From the NCBI RefSeq assembly GCF_009914755.1, contig NC_060938.1: a stretch of DNA of 64,000 nt. One strand, given 5' to 3'. How positions within the stretch are numbered: position 1 is the stretch's first letter; each line of letters begins with the position of its first letter. The notes under the pieces are model-generated. The model was not told where the DNA came from, ran no database searches, and saw only the letters and a program-made list of their open reading frames with translations. The DNA comes from the human T2T-CHM13v2.0 reference genome, Homo sapiens. The position numbers and the translations under genes were made by a program. This document shows, in pieces, positions 44,041 through 58,080 of the stretch.

Positions 44041-44925
44041 GTTGATTATTATGCCTATCTCCTTTTGTAATGCTGTTTTTAAAGTGAATTATTTTTTTTA
44101 AAGTGAAAATATGTAAAGGTAATTAGAAAAGCAAAAAAAAATTACACAAAAGTAAAACTCAGCAATCATTTTGTTTTCCAGAATAATTACCTTATTACTG
44201 GTCAAGATTATTTGTTTATATTTTCTTCTCTATCCAGTACTAGAATAATTTTAAAACACTCAATGTTTTCGCTACATACGTATGATACTTTTTACATTAT
44301 TCCCTCTTTACCTAAGACTATTTTCTGGGCAAAATTTAAATTTGAAGAGCTTTGGTATTGGGTTATAAACCAATCTGCCTGAGAAAGAAAGAGAAATTCA
44401 TTCAATTCCATATTAAGTTCAGTGGAGGATAAGAAATGACTTCAGCCATCTGATCAAATTTGAAAGTCATAAATTTTGAGTCAAATTAAAAGAAATATTT
44501 GAATGACAAGGAATGAAATTTATACCTTAATAGCTTTATATTGAAACTCTAGATATAACACCATACCTTGGGGATCTTGAAGCAAGGTCATAATAAAATT
44601 TTAAAGATAGCAATTTCTAGGACAGTCTAACATGAATAAAATAATAAACATTATCTGCATTAATAAGTGCTCTATAAATAACTCCATGACATATTTGTAT
44701 AATTGGCCAATGTTAAAATGAAATGAGCAAAAAAAAATGCCGTATAGAATTTGTGAAAATATATAAATATTAATTTCAACTCAATACTAAATAAACCTTT
44801 TAAAGGAAATTTCTTGAAGAAGTACCACTAAAAACTGTTAGAACTTGGGTATGGTGATTCATTCACAAGAAATTCACTAGAATTCATTTTATAGATAATA
44901 GAAATTTCACCTTTAAAGTCTAGAA

Positions 44926-45255
44926 TTATGCTGTTCAGTATAAATAAAACAGAAGTCAAATACATGTCAGTTTTTTCTCATATAAACATTTAAAAATACT
45001 AAAATAGAGAGATGAAATTAATATTAATTATACACTTTATTCAACCAATAATATCTAATCTATCAGTTTAACATACACTCAATATTAAAAATTACTAATG
45101 AAATATTTTACATTCTTTTTTGTTATTGTTTTTGTCCTAAGGTTTTGAAATCCAGTGTGCATTTTATACTTACAATGTGTCTTAATTCAGACTGGCTACA
45201 TTTTAAGTCCTCAATAGCCACATGTGACTAGTGATTAGCATATTGGATAGTGTGG
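44926..45255. mobile_element. MER33-like hAT-Charlie element
   Basis: tttgaaatccagtgtgcattttatacttaca...ctcaatagccacatgtgactagtg...tattggatag. Confidence 0.75.
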
Positions 45256-45289
45256 GTTTTGAAACTTTGGGCCAACAATTGTTTCACCT

Positions 45290-47980
45290 CTTTCAGCTAC
45301 TTTAACTCTTCGACCAGATGTGTGTTTAGTGCTGTAAAGACAGATGCCAACTTCTCTTTCAGGACACCCAACAAAATCAGAAATGGTAAGAACTGATAGG
45401 AATTTCTAGTCTCTCACTGTGGATTCAAGCCTGCTCATGCTGTAGATCCCACGTTTATGGGATTAACCTGGTCTTTGCTTCCCTCTTCTTCACAACCTCA
45501 TTTCCTGTCCTTTCAACTTCAGCTTTACACACAAAAACAACAGCCTTAACGAGTTTGTTTAACCAGATGACACAATTGCATAATGTTAAATCCCTGCAAT
45601 ACATTTCTCACCTAACATATAAGAATGGTTTTGCCTCTTTTGTTGGACTCTAAGTTATACACAATTTGATACTGAGAGTGATGCTGACAGAACTGAATCT
45701 TAGCAACACGTTCTCTGAATTCATTTTGCATTTTCTGGAAGTGATCTGTTTAGATTTAAAAGTATTAAATCTTTCTTTCCAGTGATGAAGGTGATTAACG
45801 GTAGTCCATGACATGCAGTGGCAGGACGGTTATGTGAATTACCCACTGTAGATAGTGCAAGTGCCTACAGAAGGTAATTTTTTTTTTTTGTAACAAAGCA
45901 TGTGTTGCTATAGAATATGCTTGCAAATATAGGGTTATAGCATGTCTCATCATGAATGCACCAGAGAGCATGTGGAAAGAACATGCTAAGTTCTCACTTC
46001 AAAGTCCACATAAAGGACCTAAAAGCCTCTTTGACTGCTCTAAAAGAAACACTTATTTTCTGTAGCCACAAGGGTGAGATTTCTGAAAACAAAATCTAAA
46101 ATCTAATCTTGCAGGTGGCTGAATAATAATGCAAATTATATTCCCAAACATGCAGCATATCTTTGGTTGCAACTAAAGCATTTATTAGGGAAGAATGAAA
46201 TCTTGAACATTGGAACATCAGTCTTACGCACTGATTCAATGGATCTTAGACTTTGAACTCTTTCGTCCCACTGAACTTCTGGTAGCAGAAGCAGCTCTTC
46301 CATCCCTTCCATATGGAGGGTACTCTCAGCTTGTCTGAAGAACCCATAATGGTCTCATTAATGGTAGTTACCTTACAGGAAATTGCTACTCCTCCTCCGA
46401 ATCTATCTTCACCACATTTTCCTGCTTCTAGACCTACTTATAAACCTGTACATAGACTCAATTCCCATCAGGTCATGAAGAGTGAGGCACAAAATGGGCC
46501 CTTTGGGAAGATGTGCTATATAACAAGAGAGTTGCATAATTTTGCCAATTTATAGTGACAAAAACCAGGGGATATGCGAACAAAGTATAAAGAACATAAG
46601 ATGAATCAGAATACATTTATTGGATCATGAGCATAGATTCTGGATAGAGTGGCCATGCTGGTAATGGTTCTAGCAGTTTGCTTGTCTGGTTGATGGAATT
46701 CTCCACTCAAGATTGACCTGCAACAGTTGAAATTAAAATTTCAGAAGGTATTCAGGAAGTCATCCAAAGAAATAGGGAGATTGGAACGCTGGAGTGGATT
46801 TATCATGGAAGACCTAAACATACCCCCTCACTATGTCCCTTGGGAAGGTCTAGAGAGCATTCATTTCACCAAGGCTGTGAGAAATTTATGAAGGCATCCG
46901 GAGCAATCTAGAACAGCTCTGTGGTGACTTTTTTTGTAGGCCCAGAATTACAGTGGGATCTGCTATTACACTGAGATTCCCAAATAAAACGGGAATGGTG
47001 GAATTCTGGAGTATCAGAGACAAACTGGCAACAATTAATCATCAAGGAAAAGATGAGCTTAGATAACATAAGGCACAATGATGCTAAGAGACTGAACATA
47101 CAAATGGACTATGGCCAGATCATATACAAAAACAGAACTCTGATCTAAAACCTGTAGCAAGCTGCCCAGGAAACCAGCCCCTTATCTGTAATAGGCAGCC
47201 CAAGAAGCAACCTGCTGTAAATCAGACTTTCAGGAAGCCAGCTCATTATCGCTAATGATAATCCAGGAAACTAAACAATACATTCTTGAGCAATGAACCT
47301 GAAAATGTTCAAGAATTGATCAATAACTGACAGCTTCCCTAATTTTTGTTCCTGCTTCCAACTTAGGACCAACCAGAGAAAACCAATTATGCACCCGTAA
47401 CCAATCCCATAGGATACCACACTTCTAGTTAGCCCTATAGCATCCTCATGCCAATAGCCTCCAACCAGGGCATATCTGAAGTCTTCCCTTTCTGCAACTA
47501 TAAAGCTTTTCCACTCTTCTGCCTGTATTTGCATCTCTGCCAAAATGGAAGTGACAGTTGGTGGCTCTCTTGCTGCAGCAAGTTCTGAGTAAACAGGCTT
47601 TGTTTTTCTCGTTTGTTTGGTCTTCTTTTACTTTCACAAAGCAAAGCAGCATTTAGAATAATCTTACTTTCAGAGGTGGTTGGCTTTGGCTAGTTGACAA
47701 TAGAGTTCCTAGAACTGAAATTGTTGGGCAGCCTATCAGAGTCCAAATTGATCTGTTTAAGCAGGAAAACTCTAGGCCTAGTGAACAGAAATCTGACTGA
47801 ATCACACAGAATACTCACAGCCCCAGTGCAGTCTCAGACTTGAGTCAGTTCACAGTCCCAGGACTCCTTGAGTGAAAAGGAGACCAAACGACTTTAAAAA
47901 AGGACGCTGAAAGAATAACAAATACTTATATTGTGAAACTTCTTTCAGCCTTTACTAAAGGTACAAGTGGTCCTTTATTG
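45290..47980 (+). mobile_element. ERVL element: LTR33-like LTR (~45290-45661) plus internal gag-region remnant, interrupted by an ERV1 LTR
   Basis: LTR end cacaattgcataatgttaaatccct...ttataca, then atttgatactgagagtg; HERVL-like tagggagattggaacgctggagtggatt. Confidence 0.6.
47079..47638 (+). mobile_element. ERV1-class solo LTR (MER87/MER4-group-like)
   Basis: tg...ca termini, ccaat boxes, ctataaa TATA, agtaaa poly(A)-like signal; subfamily uncertain. Confidence 0.7.
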
Positions 47981-48473
47981 GTCACTATTTTTAATTAGAA
48001 TAAACAAAATATGTATTTTTAATTTGGCAAGTAATTACATGTCCGATTATGATAAAGTACATTTTCTTTGTGTGGGGTGTATGCTAGGTTCAAAAATGAT
48101 TCGAATATTAAGATTCAGGAGAATTTTGATTTTTGAACTCTAACTCTTCCCCAGGTATAAAATGAACATAGATAAATAGTGCTAAAATGTGAGTTAGATT
48201 TTTAGGTAACAATGTAAATGTAATACAAATTTGAAGCTTAGGAATAAAAATAAATAGCGTTTGATTATTTTAAAGTAAGTGCTTATTTATGTGGTTTCCA
48301 ATGTGACTTAAGACATCTGTGTTTTTTCTTGTTTGCTTGTGTGTATATGAGAGTGGGAAAGAAGGGGAGTGAGGAGGAGGAGAGAGAGGGTGGAGGAAAG
48401 GCAGAAAGTTCAAGAATGATTTGTTTGAGAGATGAAGTACGTTGCATAGATAAGACTATGGTTTGTTTAAAAG

Positions 48474-48987
48474 TATATTAATTTCTGTAACTATGTAACA
48501 GAGCATCCCAAATTTAGCAGCTTAAAATACCAGTTTATTGTCTCACAGATCTGCGGGTCACAAATCCTGGCACAGCTTAACTGGATCGTCGTGCTGTAAT
48601 CAGCGCGTCAGGCAAGGTACATTCTCACTAAGGTTCACCTGGGAAAAGCTACTCTTCCAAGCTCCCTCATGTTGTCTGTAGAATACATGGTTGCTTGTTT
48701 CTTCAAACGTAGCAACTGAGAAAGTCTCTGCCCTCAGGTAGGAGTCCTTTACAAGGATTTTTCCCTCAATTAAGACAGGCTCAACCAGGACAATTCTTCC
48801 TCTTTTTTTTTTTTTCCTTTTTTATCTTAAAATCAACTGATATGAAACCTTAATGAAATTTTCAAACTTTCTTCACCTCTACTCTATCCTATTGGCCAGA
48901 AGGAAGTCACAGGTACCAGCGGTACTCAGAAGAGGGGATCACATAGTTTATAACATATTGGGGTCACCTAAGAATGTATCTGACATA
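48474..48987 (-). mobile_element. MLT1E-like MaLR LTR
   Basis: cccaaatttagcagcttaaaa...tctcacag...tattggccagaaggaagtcacagg. Confidence 0.7.
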
Positions 48988-49787
48988 ATGTGATATACCA
49001 GAAACCCAAAGGATAAGTGGATGGAAAGAAAGGCAAAGCAAAGAAGGAAAAGAAGTAAGAAATCAGGGAGGGAAGAAAGGCAAGCAAGCATTTATGAAAG
49101 GAATTTCGGTAGTAAATACTCAGCTATAAAATTTCAATTCATTTTGGCTTCTTCCATAAAGACCTCCCTTCATCATTTTCCACCATCCTCCCAGATCTCT
49201 ATTCTCAGTTTTCCATACTTTTAAGAGTTATAACTTGATAGCACTCTCTTTTACTTATTTGTATTTAACTTTATTGTCCTTTGCAAACTACGCAGTTACT
49301 CAAAATTAGGGACTCATGCTAATGCACATTCCTCTTCATCATCCCAAAGATTTGAACAACTTATGCAAAGAAACCCTTTATTCACTGTATCTTAGGAAAA
49401 CAGGAATAAAATAGAGTGCATACTATGTTCCAAGTACAGAGCCAGGCACTCTCACTTTTTACCTTATCACTAAGTGACCTTACATTAACCTTAATTAACA
49501 GAATAGAGCAGTTACTTAAAAAAAATAAATAGCTGATATTGGTATTGCTAAAATTCTAACCCAACCCCTTGAATATTTTATTAAGTCGAAATGAATAGAA
49601 GTCAAACATAAACATCATTGAGAATTCAAAAAGAATTGTGTGATATTCACAAAATGCAAGTTATGGCACCTCCTTAACTTGATATTTAGCATAGTGAAAA
49701 ACGTGTTTGGGCAGAAGGTGGGCAGACAGATGCTTGAAGTGGCTTTTTTCCGTTTACTGAGACTTTGGAGGAGTTACTTTCTCAGTT

Positions 49788-49876
49788 ACTTATCTATCAA
49801 CTCTCTATCTAACTATCTATCTAACATCTATCTATCTAACTTATATATCAACTATCTATCTAACAACTTATCTATC
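49788..49876. repeat. Degenerate (TATC/TAAC)n tetranucleotide repeat
   Basis: Direct read. Confidence 0.8.
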
Positions 49877-50169
49877 AGTTGTTACTAATGATAGTAACTA
49901 TTTCTAGAGGGAATAAGATAATTAAATGAGTTTAAACACAATGGTGACTTTATTTAGCAAACAAAATGTCTGTTAATCAATGAATGAAAAAAACATTGCT
50001 CTTGGATTTGGGGGCTGGAGGGAGAATCAACAAGCTACCGACATAAAGTAAAACAAATTGAAACAAAACAGATTTAGAAAGCAGAAAATAATAGCCTGCT
50101 GAAAACAGAGTCTATGCCCAAGATTTCTTTTTGTAGTTATAGTAAATATTTTTAAAAGCTTATTTCTAA

Positions 50170-50664
50170 ATTGTTAGCATACTGAATTGTATAATTATAA
50201 ATAATTTCAGAAATAATGTTAAATGATTCACACTCTGCTAGTTTTATTTTATCCACATGTACCAGCCCCATTTCTATTCTCCTTTTGATCATTGTATATT
50301 TCTAATCTGTAACTAGAAGAGTTTGGCAAATTGCTTATTTATAATAGTATGACAAGCCACCAATCAAAGTATCTGGCTTCCAGAATCAGATTATCCTAAT
50401 TCCGTCCACTCTTTATTTAGTGGTTGCAGTGGAGTCCCAGGAACATACAATATCATGGCAAGAAACAATCAATGCTAACACAAGCCACAAAGATAATCGG
50501 AATTGAATCAGTGGTTTGCTATTTTCTTTCTTAGGATTCTAATTTTCTTTTACCTTATCATAGACATGGACCAATAACCATTTCAGGATAAAGCTAGACT
50601 AATCAAAATAAATGAAGTCCCCAAACCACCTGTACAATCCAGACATTTAAAAGCAGAGGAGTTG
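50170..50664 (+). repeat. Donor segment of the inverted duplication at 7556-8050
   Basis: Non-TE-looking sequence; reverse complement matches 7556-8050. Confidence 0.95.
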
Positions 50665-51938
50665 GCAAATATAGTATTTCATAAATGAAAATTTTAGCTC
50701 AGCCTCCTATCTTCTCTATTTTTTCTTCAAAGGAGAAAGAGGAAAAACCTTTTTCATTGAAAAATTATAGCTTGAGATTATCAATCAATAGTACCTCTTA
50801 GTTGCTTAGCTCAGCCATCAGTGTTAGGTGTATAACAATACTGAGGTTCAAAAGTAATAAAACTGGGCATGTTTCATAGCCATTATTTTACTTTATATGA
50901 TATATATATAGTGAATATACTATATTTCTTGGCGGAGGGAAAAACAGGCGATATGGTAGATGTTTAATAAGTTATTTCATCTAAACCTCAAACCCTAAAA
51001 ATTAAATGCTCTTGCCATTTTACAGAGGAGTAAACTGAAGATGACGTTAAATGACACATAATTTTAAACCTGGAATCAAAAATATCTGAGACATCGTAAA
51101 TGAATACATTTGTAACTCTTTATTTTCTTACTATCTCTCTGTTAGTGATATTTACACCAATTTTTTGTAACTTTGGCTTAAAATTACAACCATTCGAGTT
51201 GAAATGAAAGAAAAGCCATCTATCTATTGTCACTATCATGTCTGCATTTTCTGCAGTTCAGTACATGTCCAATTTTATTCAAAACCATTCAAAGGCTTCT
51301 CTTTTCTTTCTTCTGATACAGTATTGCTTAGATGGTCTCTTCATTAAGCTGAGTAAGAGTGCAGATTTTCAATTCTTTGGAGAGATTCAAAGCTATCTAT
51401 CCCTATTACCTTTTCATTATTCCTTTAGGGTCTCATTTAGTACTAACTGGTAAATTTTAAAGGCCAAAAATTTTCACTGCAGATATGTTTTCTGATTCTG
51501 AGATAGAAATTATATCTGGAAGGATAATATAAGAGAAAAAAGATGGGATCTGAAAAGGTTAGAACAGTTTCAATTTACTAATTCATTCAATTTCAAGATC
51601 AAGACTTTGTATTTCATTTTTAGTTTTCTTCCTTGGTAGAGCATACAATTTATATAAAAAATAAAGTTTCTACATACACGATTCTCATTAATGTTTTGGA
51701 TTTGTTTCTAATATTTTTCCATCAATTTATGTGAATCAAATCTTCTCTTAGGATCCCTTTCACAGTTCTTTTCTTTATATCCAGATCTTCTCTCTGATTT
51801 TTTCTTTCTTTGTCCCTATCATCTTCTCTTTTCACTGTGGCTGTTAAGTTAAAAAAAAAATCAGAAAGCTATTGATGTCGCTATCTTTCTCCTGTCACTT
51901 TCATCAGAAAAAAACAGAGCTCCAATGTGCCGCATCCA

Positions 51939-51951
51939 GTTGCTTAGCAAC
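51939..51951. promoter_or_regulatory. Candidate RFX X-box (gttgcttagcaac)
   Basis: Perfect inverted half-sites GTTGCT-t-AGCAAC in non-repetitive DNA; motif match only. Confidence 0.45.
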
Positions 51952-52869
51952 AATATTTTCAACCTCCCTGCCAGCATGAAGAGTGTGAAGCTGGGCCTGC
52001 TAATGTGGCTGCAAGACCAAAAAGAGCATAGTTTGAGCGGAAATAGGAAAATTAAGCCCTGAAAAATTCAACAATCTCAGGATATAATGAATGCAGAAAA
52101 GGATGAGCATTTTACAGTGGGAGCTTCCTTTTTCTGCATGACATATCACTGGCAGAAAACTTTCTTCTCTAAAGCAACCTTCTAGGAGTTATGCAATCAA
52201 AAATGCCAATAAGACTGTGTTCTGCATCCAGTTCCTAAACTGATCCATTGCTTTATTTTTCCATACATATATTTACAATTCCATGGAAAAGTAGATATTA
52301 TGAATGTGAATGTTTTCAGCACAAGATTGAGTAAAAATTTTTTAATAATGCTTTTTCAAAATTTATTACTATTATTTTAATGAACAAAAACTGATGGCTT
52401 TTCTATGTAAGTTTGTGAATACATTCCTATTCTTTTTATGACTACTTTAATCTCACATTTTTTTTTTCTCAGTAATAGAAACACGTATTTAGTCCATGTT
52501 TGGTAACTGTATAGCTTTCTTGTTTTTAAATAAAATGTTTTGATTGCTTTATATTTATGTTGTTCATTGGTATGTGTTTGAAAATGGATAAATGACAGTA
52601 AGATTGTCAACAGAGTTCATAATCAAAGTAATTAAATGCAAAATTATACTTTCAATGAGAAGATTAAAAACTAATAAATATGCTTTATATTTTTTCTATT
52701 TGTCATTTAAAAATACATTTTATTGCATATAAATTAAGAATTACATACCTTTATCAGTTCACATGACATATATAATTTTATCAAAAACTAATTATAAGTT
52801 AATTTAAAAGTTGTTTCTTGAATTTAATACATTTTAATATAGTGTGGTATTCTATTTTGAGCAGGAATT

Positions 52870-53085
52870 GCAGAAACTGGTATCTTGTGTTCCAAATTTG
52901 CTTTGATGTTTTTATCTGCTTGATAATCTGGAACATGTTTTATAATCTGCCTAAGATTCAATTTTTGCATATTAAGTGAAAATAATACTTCCTAACTTCA
53001 GTTCTAGTACAAAAAAAATACAGTGAGATAACGAATATAAAACACTAAGCATATCTGGCATACAAACAATATTCAGTAATTTTAA
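52870..53085 (+). mobile_element. Degenerate MIR
   Basis: aaaataatacttcctaac...gtgagataacgaatataaaacactaagcatatctggcatac. Confidence 0.55.
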
Positions 53086-53639
53086 AGTCATTGTTACTTA
53101 GAAATTTTTAGAAATTAGTGACTAGACCAGATAGGTTTTGTTCCAGACATTTTATCACATTTTAATGTAAATTCATTTTGAAACATTGAAATATACTGAC
53201 AGCAGCAGCACTCAAGACATTAAGCATTTAGAGATATAGAGTCCACAGAAGTAGATTATATGTGAATAATTAAAAACTCTAATAGTAGCCATGTATGTAG
53301 ACTGGGTATGCATTAATATTTATTAGTATTTTTGAATAAAAATGTAAATAGCAGACTGTGGAAAACATGGTCATAAAATTCTTTATTTATATCCTTATTC
53401 CTATCTGTTTTATCTTATAGAAGGAAAACTGACCATTTAAAAATTAATAATTCATGTCCATAATGGCAAGATATTATTTCTACCAAGTTCATAAATAATA
53501 ATATAGAAATATTATAAATGAAGATCTCTTGGCCAGCCTTATAAAAACACGTTTGCACCATCTTTACTAACTCATTCTTAATTATGAGCAGAATCACAAG
53601 GTATTTGATGAATGCTTGGAATATAAAGCACATAATTTG

Positions 53640-55690
53640 AAATACACTAAAACATTTACAGAAAATCTAAAAAGTAAAGAAACTTTAAGATATTCTTGTA
53701 GGTAATGAAACCATCATATCTGTAAATGAGTAAAGAATAGATTAAAAACAAATAATAAATCTATAAACATATTTTCTTTTAAATTAAAATTCTAGTAAAA
53801 TATATTGTTGATGTTGATGAAATATCTCTAAAAGGAGGGAAGAACAAGAAGAAATATATGCAACCAAAGATAGGAAACATGAAGATATAGTTTAAGAAGT
53901 CTAACTTTTGACTTGTATGGTTTCTAGGTAGAAATGAACAGATGTCAAGGTGATGATATTTTCAAACATAGTAAAAGCAATTCCTAAAATGGAAAGATGG
54001 GAGTATCAGACTATAATGAACTCAGTAAATACCTAGCCCAATGAATTAAATTATACCTGCATATTGACACATTGTACCTTTTTAGAACATCGATAATAAA
54101 TACCAAAAGTATCAAAAGATAAAAAATAAAAAGGACAATATAAAAGGAATGATCTTCAGGAACTTCGTATACAATTATGTAATGAATTCAATAGGCTGAA
54201 GGAAATTAATTTTGGTTTTTACTCAACTAAGCTATTAATCAAATGTAAGGAAAAATGAATTACATTTTCAGACATGAAAGGTCTCAGAAATTTTACCCCC
54301 TACACACCCACACACTATTAGAAAATTTCTTAAGGATGGCATTAGTTGCAGTTCTCTAGAGAAACATAACCAATAGGTCTCATATACAGACATACACACA
54401 CACACAGACACACAGACACACACACACACACAATTTTATTGTAACGACATGGCTCACGTAACTATGGAGGCTGAAAAATTCCTCAATCTGCCAGCAAGCT
54501 GAAGACCCTGGAAAGCTGGTGGTGTAGTTCAAGTCTGTCTCTGAAGATCTGAGAACTAGGAACACCAGTGGTGTAAGTTCCAGTGCAAAACAGAAGACTG
54601 ATGTCCCAGCTTAAGAACTCAGGTAAAGAGAGAATTCTCATTTCATCCGCATTTTAGCTCTGTTCAGGGCCTCAGTGGATTGGATAATGCCAATCCACAT
54701 TGGAGAGGGCTATCTTTTCTACTGAGTCTACTGATTCAAATGTTAATCTATTTCAGAAACACATCTTAGACTATTCAGATATAATGTATAAACAAATATC
54801 TGACACTCTGTCTCCCAGTCAAGTTGACACATGAAATTAACCATCACAAAGATGTTCTTTGTAAAATGTAAGGGTAAATCAAGGAAGAAGAAGGTGCAAA
54901 ATATGGGAAAGGAATCCATAAGAAATATGTATGAATTACAAAAATAATTGCTTCTGCTAGAAACAGTATTTAGTGTACCATGAAACAAGAATCAAGAAGT
55001 AAGAGAGGTACAGAGATGTTATCATCATTGAAAGTATAGGCTGACTTAAGAAGATGATAAATATGTTAATTCTAATTTTTTTAAATGAGAATTTAAAATT
55101 TCAGGAAACACAAAATATCAGAAAAAATATCAGAAAAAAATGCAATCATAGCACACTACATGTTTGTGAAATTAGTGATATTTATAAAGATGTAACAAAT
55201 ACTTGACCGTGTAAAAGTAAAAATAGGAATAACTGCATTTGCAGTTGAGAAGGGAGGCAGCAAATAAAAGGTAAATATTAACCTTACAAAGTAAGGTGAC
55301 CAGATATACTTTCAAGAAATAATAAAAAACCAAATATTCAATATTTTGTAATTACAGAAAAAACATGAAATAACTTAAAAGTCATAACAATACTATTAAG
55401 ATGAAAGAAAGAGATGGTTTTTGACCAACCCTCAGATATCAGGGAATTAATTGAAAATGCCTAAAGCTGATCAGACATAGTGATATAAACATAAAGTTTA
55501 GGGATGCAAATTAAGTAAAATACTGTACTCTTTAATAATTAAAAACAATTTTTGTAAATTTATAAACTAGGTGCTATGAGAGATAAGGAACCCTTGTTTT
55601 CCATTATTGGCCCATCTGTAATATTACCTTTTCATCATACATTATTTAAATATATTTCTATGCATACATTGGTATAAAAATTTGTATAGG
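53640..55690 (+). mobile_element. Ancient L1/HAL1-like ORF1 remnant, interrupted by MLT2
   Basis: A-rich degenerate ORF1-like sequence (cattttcagacatgaaaggtctcagaaattttacc). Confidence 0.5.
54338..54848 (-). mobile_element. MLT2B-like ERVL solo LTR
   Basis: gttctctagagaaaca, internal (CA)n, end ccagtcaagttgacacatgaaattaaccatcaca; TSD aggat/aagat. Confidence 0.88.
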
Positions 55691-55879
55691 AAGTTTAGTT
55701 TATAATTGTATGCAGTTTTGTTTTTTGTGTTTTTATAGTCAATGATAAAATTATAGCCCCATCTTAAAAAAGATGAGCAAAATGAGTTTCTTCTTAAAGT
55801 TGGTAAGTAATTTTTAAAAGTCTTAAAAAGATAAGGTTTAAGATTATTGAAATTTAAAGTCTCAAAATACATACATGAA

Positions 55880-58080
55880 AAACCTTATAAAATATTAAAA
55901 ATAAATACTACAGCCCATAGTATACTTAATAGTAGAGATTAAACTCTTTTTTCCTATTATCAGGTACAAATCAAGGATGTCTGTTCTCACCACTTCTAAT
56001 AAGTGTTTTACCATAAATCTTAGTGCAATAGTGTAATAAAAATATTTAAAAGGCATATAATTTTAAAGAGATTTGTGTTAAAATTATATTATGGTGATGG
56101 TTGCACAATTGTATAAATATTCTAAAAACTTTTATGCACTTAAATGAGTGAACATTGTGATATTAAATTATATCATAATGACATTGTTTTTAAAAAGCAG
56201 AAGAATAGAGAATAGCTGCTTTTATTCACAGATAATAGGATTTTATAAGTAGAAAATCCTGTCGATTCCACCTAACATTACTTGAATTTATACACCAGTT
56301 CAGCAAGGTAGAAAGACATAACAGTTTTGAAATAGAAAAATAAAATAAATTTCTACATAGTATCAATTAACAATTGAAAAACACAGTATTTTAATTTATA
56401 CTAGTTACAATATCACCAAGACAAAATCTAGTAACTAGGAAAAATATCTAATCCAAAGTATGAAAAATTACTTTATGGAAAATGATAAAACATTACTCAA
56501 AGATGTTAAAGATTAAGTAAATAGATATCCTAAAATCAGTAGATATTAAAAAATGATATTACTAGGATGTCAATTTTTACCAAACTGAACTATATATTTA
56601 GTACAATCACAACCTTAATTCAAGTGGTTTTAAAAAGTAAAAATGGATAGGAATATACTAAAATTCATATGAAACGCAAAAGACATAGAATAATACAAAA
56701 TATTTTGAGAAAAAGAAAAGCAAAGTTGAAATATTTACACTACCTTACATTTCAAAGCATTTTTGTCAGAACACAGTGCTACTGACATAATAATATACAA
56801 ATAATGTAAAGAAACAAAAAACTGGTATTCCAGGAACATACACACTAGTTCAATTAATTTTTTTAAGACATAAAGTCAATTAAATGGTAAAGGGATTCCA
56901 CTTCAACAAATGATGTTGAAATAGTTAGATAAATATGTGAAAAATAAAACACCTTTTACCTGCCTCACTCTATACACAAAATTAATTATTAATTGACCAG
57001 AAATTTCAATGTGATAGAGACTCAACATTTCTAGAAGAAAGCATAAGAAAATTACTTTGTAAAATTGAAGTTAAAAAATATTTTTGGCAGGACCTAGGAA
57101 GCAATAACCATAAAAGAAAAATATATATAAATTGAGCTATAATAAATATAAATAAACCTCAGCTCACCAAATAACAAAATTTACAAAATAAATAAGCAAA
57201 ACATAGGCTAGAAATAATTATTTGCCATGTACCTCAATGAAAGAAGATATGCATTTGGAATATATAAATAACTCTATTTCGCAAACAATTCAGTTTGTAA
57301 GTGTTTAAATATTTGAGTGGTCCCTTTATTAAGACGTGCTTCAAAAATTAGCCATTAAAGAACCCAATTCAAAAGCACATTTAGATACTACTATACATTC
57401 AATAGAATACCTAAAACAAACAAAAAACACAAACTAAACAAAATATTGATGAGACTATGGAACAAAAACCAATAAAATATTGATGATGGAAGGATAAAAT
57501 GGCACAAGTTTTCAGAAAATGAATTCATAGGTTTTAATGAAGTTCAACATTAAGGCCTACGTTTTTACTCAACAATCCTACTCCTACCTATTTACTCGAG
57601 AGGAAATAAAACATATACCTACATGAAAACTTATACTCCATGTTCAAAGTAGCCTAAAGCTAGAAAAAGTACTTATCTTCATCAAAGGAAGAATGTATGA
57701 GCACATTTCAGTGTGTTCATAACTTTTATCTAACATAAAAAGAAATACATTCCTAATACTCAAAATAACAAGATTTAATCTCAAAAAGTTTATGTTGAGT
57801 AAAATAAAATGAATCAGAAAGGAGAGTATACTGTATGATTCCATTTACACGAATTCTAAGACAGGCAAAACTAATTTACGAGGATTGAAATCAACTATTT
57901 GTTGCTGTTGTGAGGGGGTTGGGGCTTAACTAGGAAGAGGCATAAAGGAACTATCTGGGAGGACTGGCATAATTTCTTTGTTTCCATTGATAGATGTGAA
58001 GTGTATACAATTGTGAGAACCAATCAGTTGAACATTTAACCTCCGTGTTTTTCATAGTGTATGCATCAATTAAAATATAT
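55880..58080 (+). mobile_element. Ancient L1ME-type ORF2 and 3' UTR, with small nested L1M 3' end at ~56070-56195
   Basis: caaggatgtctgttctcaccacttcta (RT), tactgtatgattccatttac...acaggcaaaactaat (3' UTR). Confidence 0.65.
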
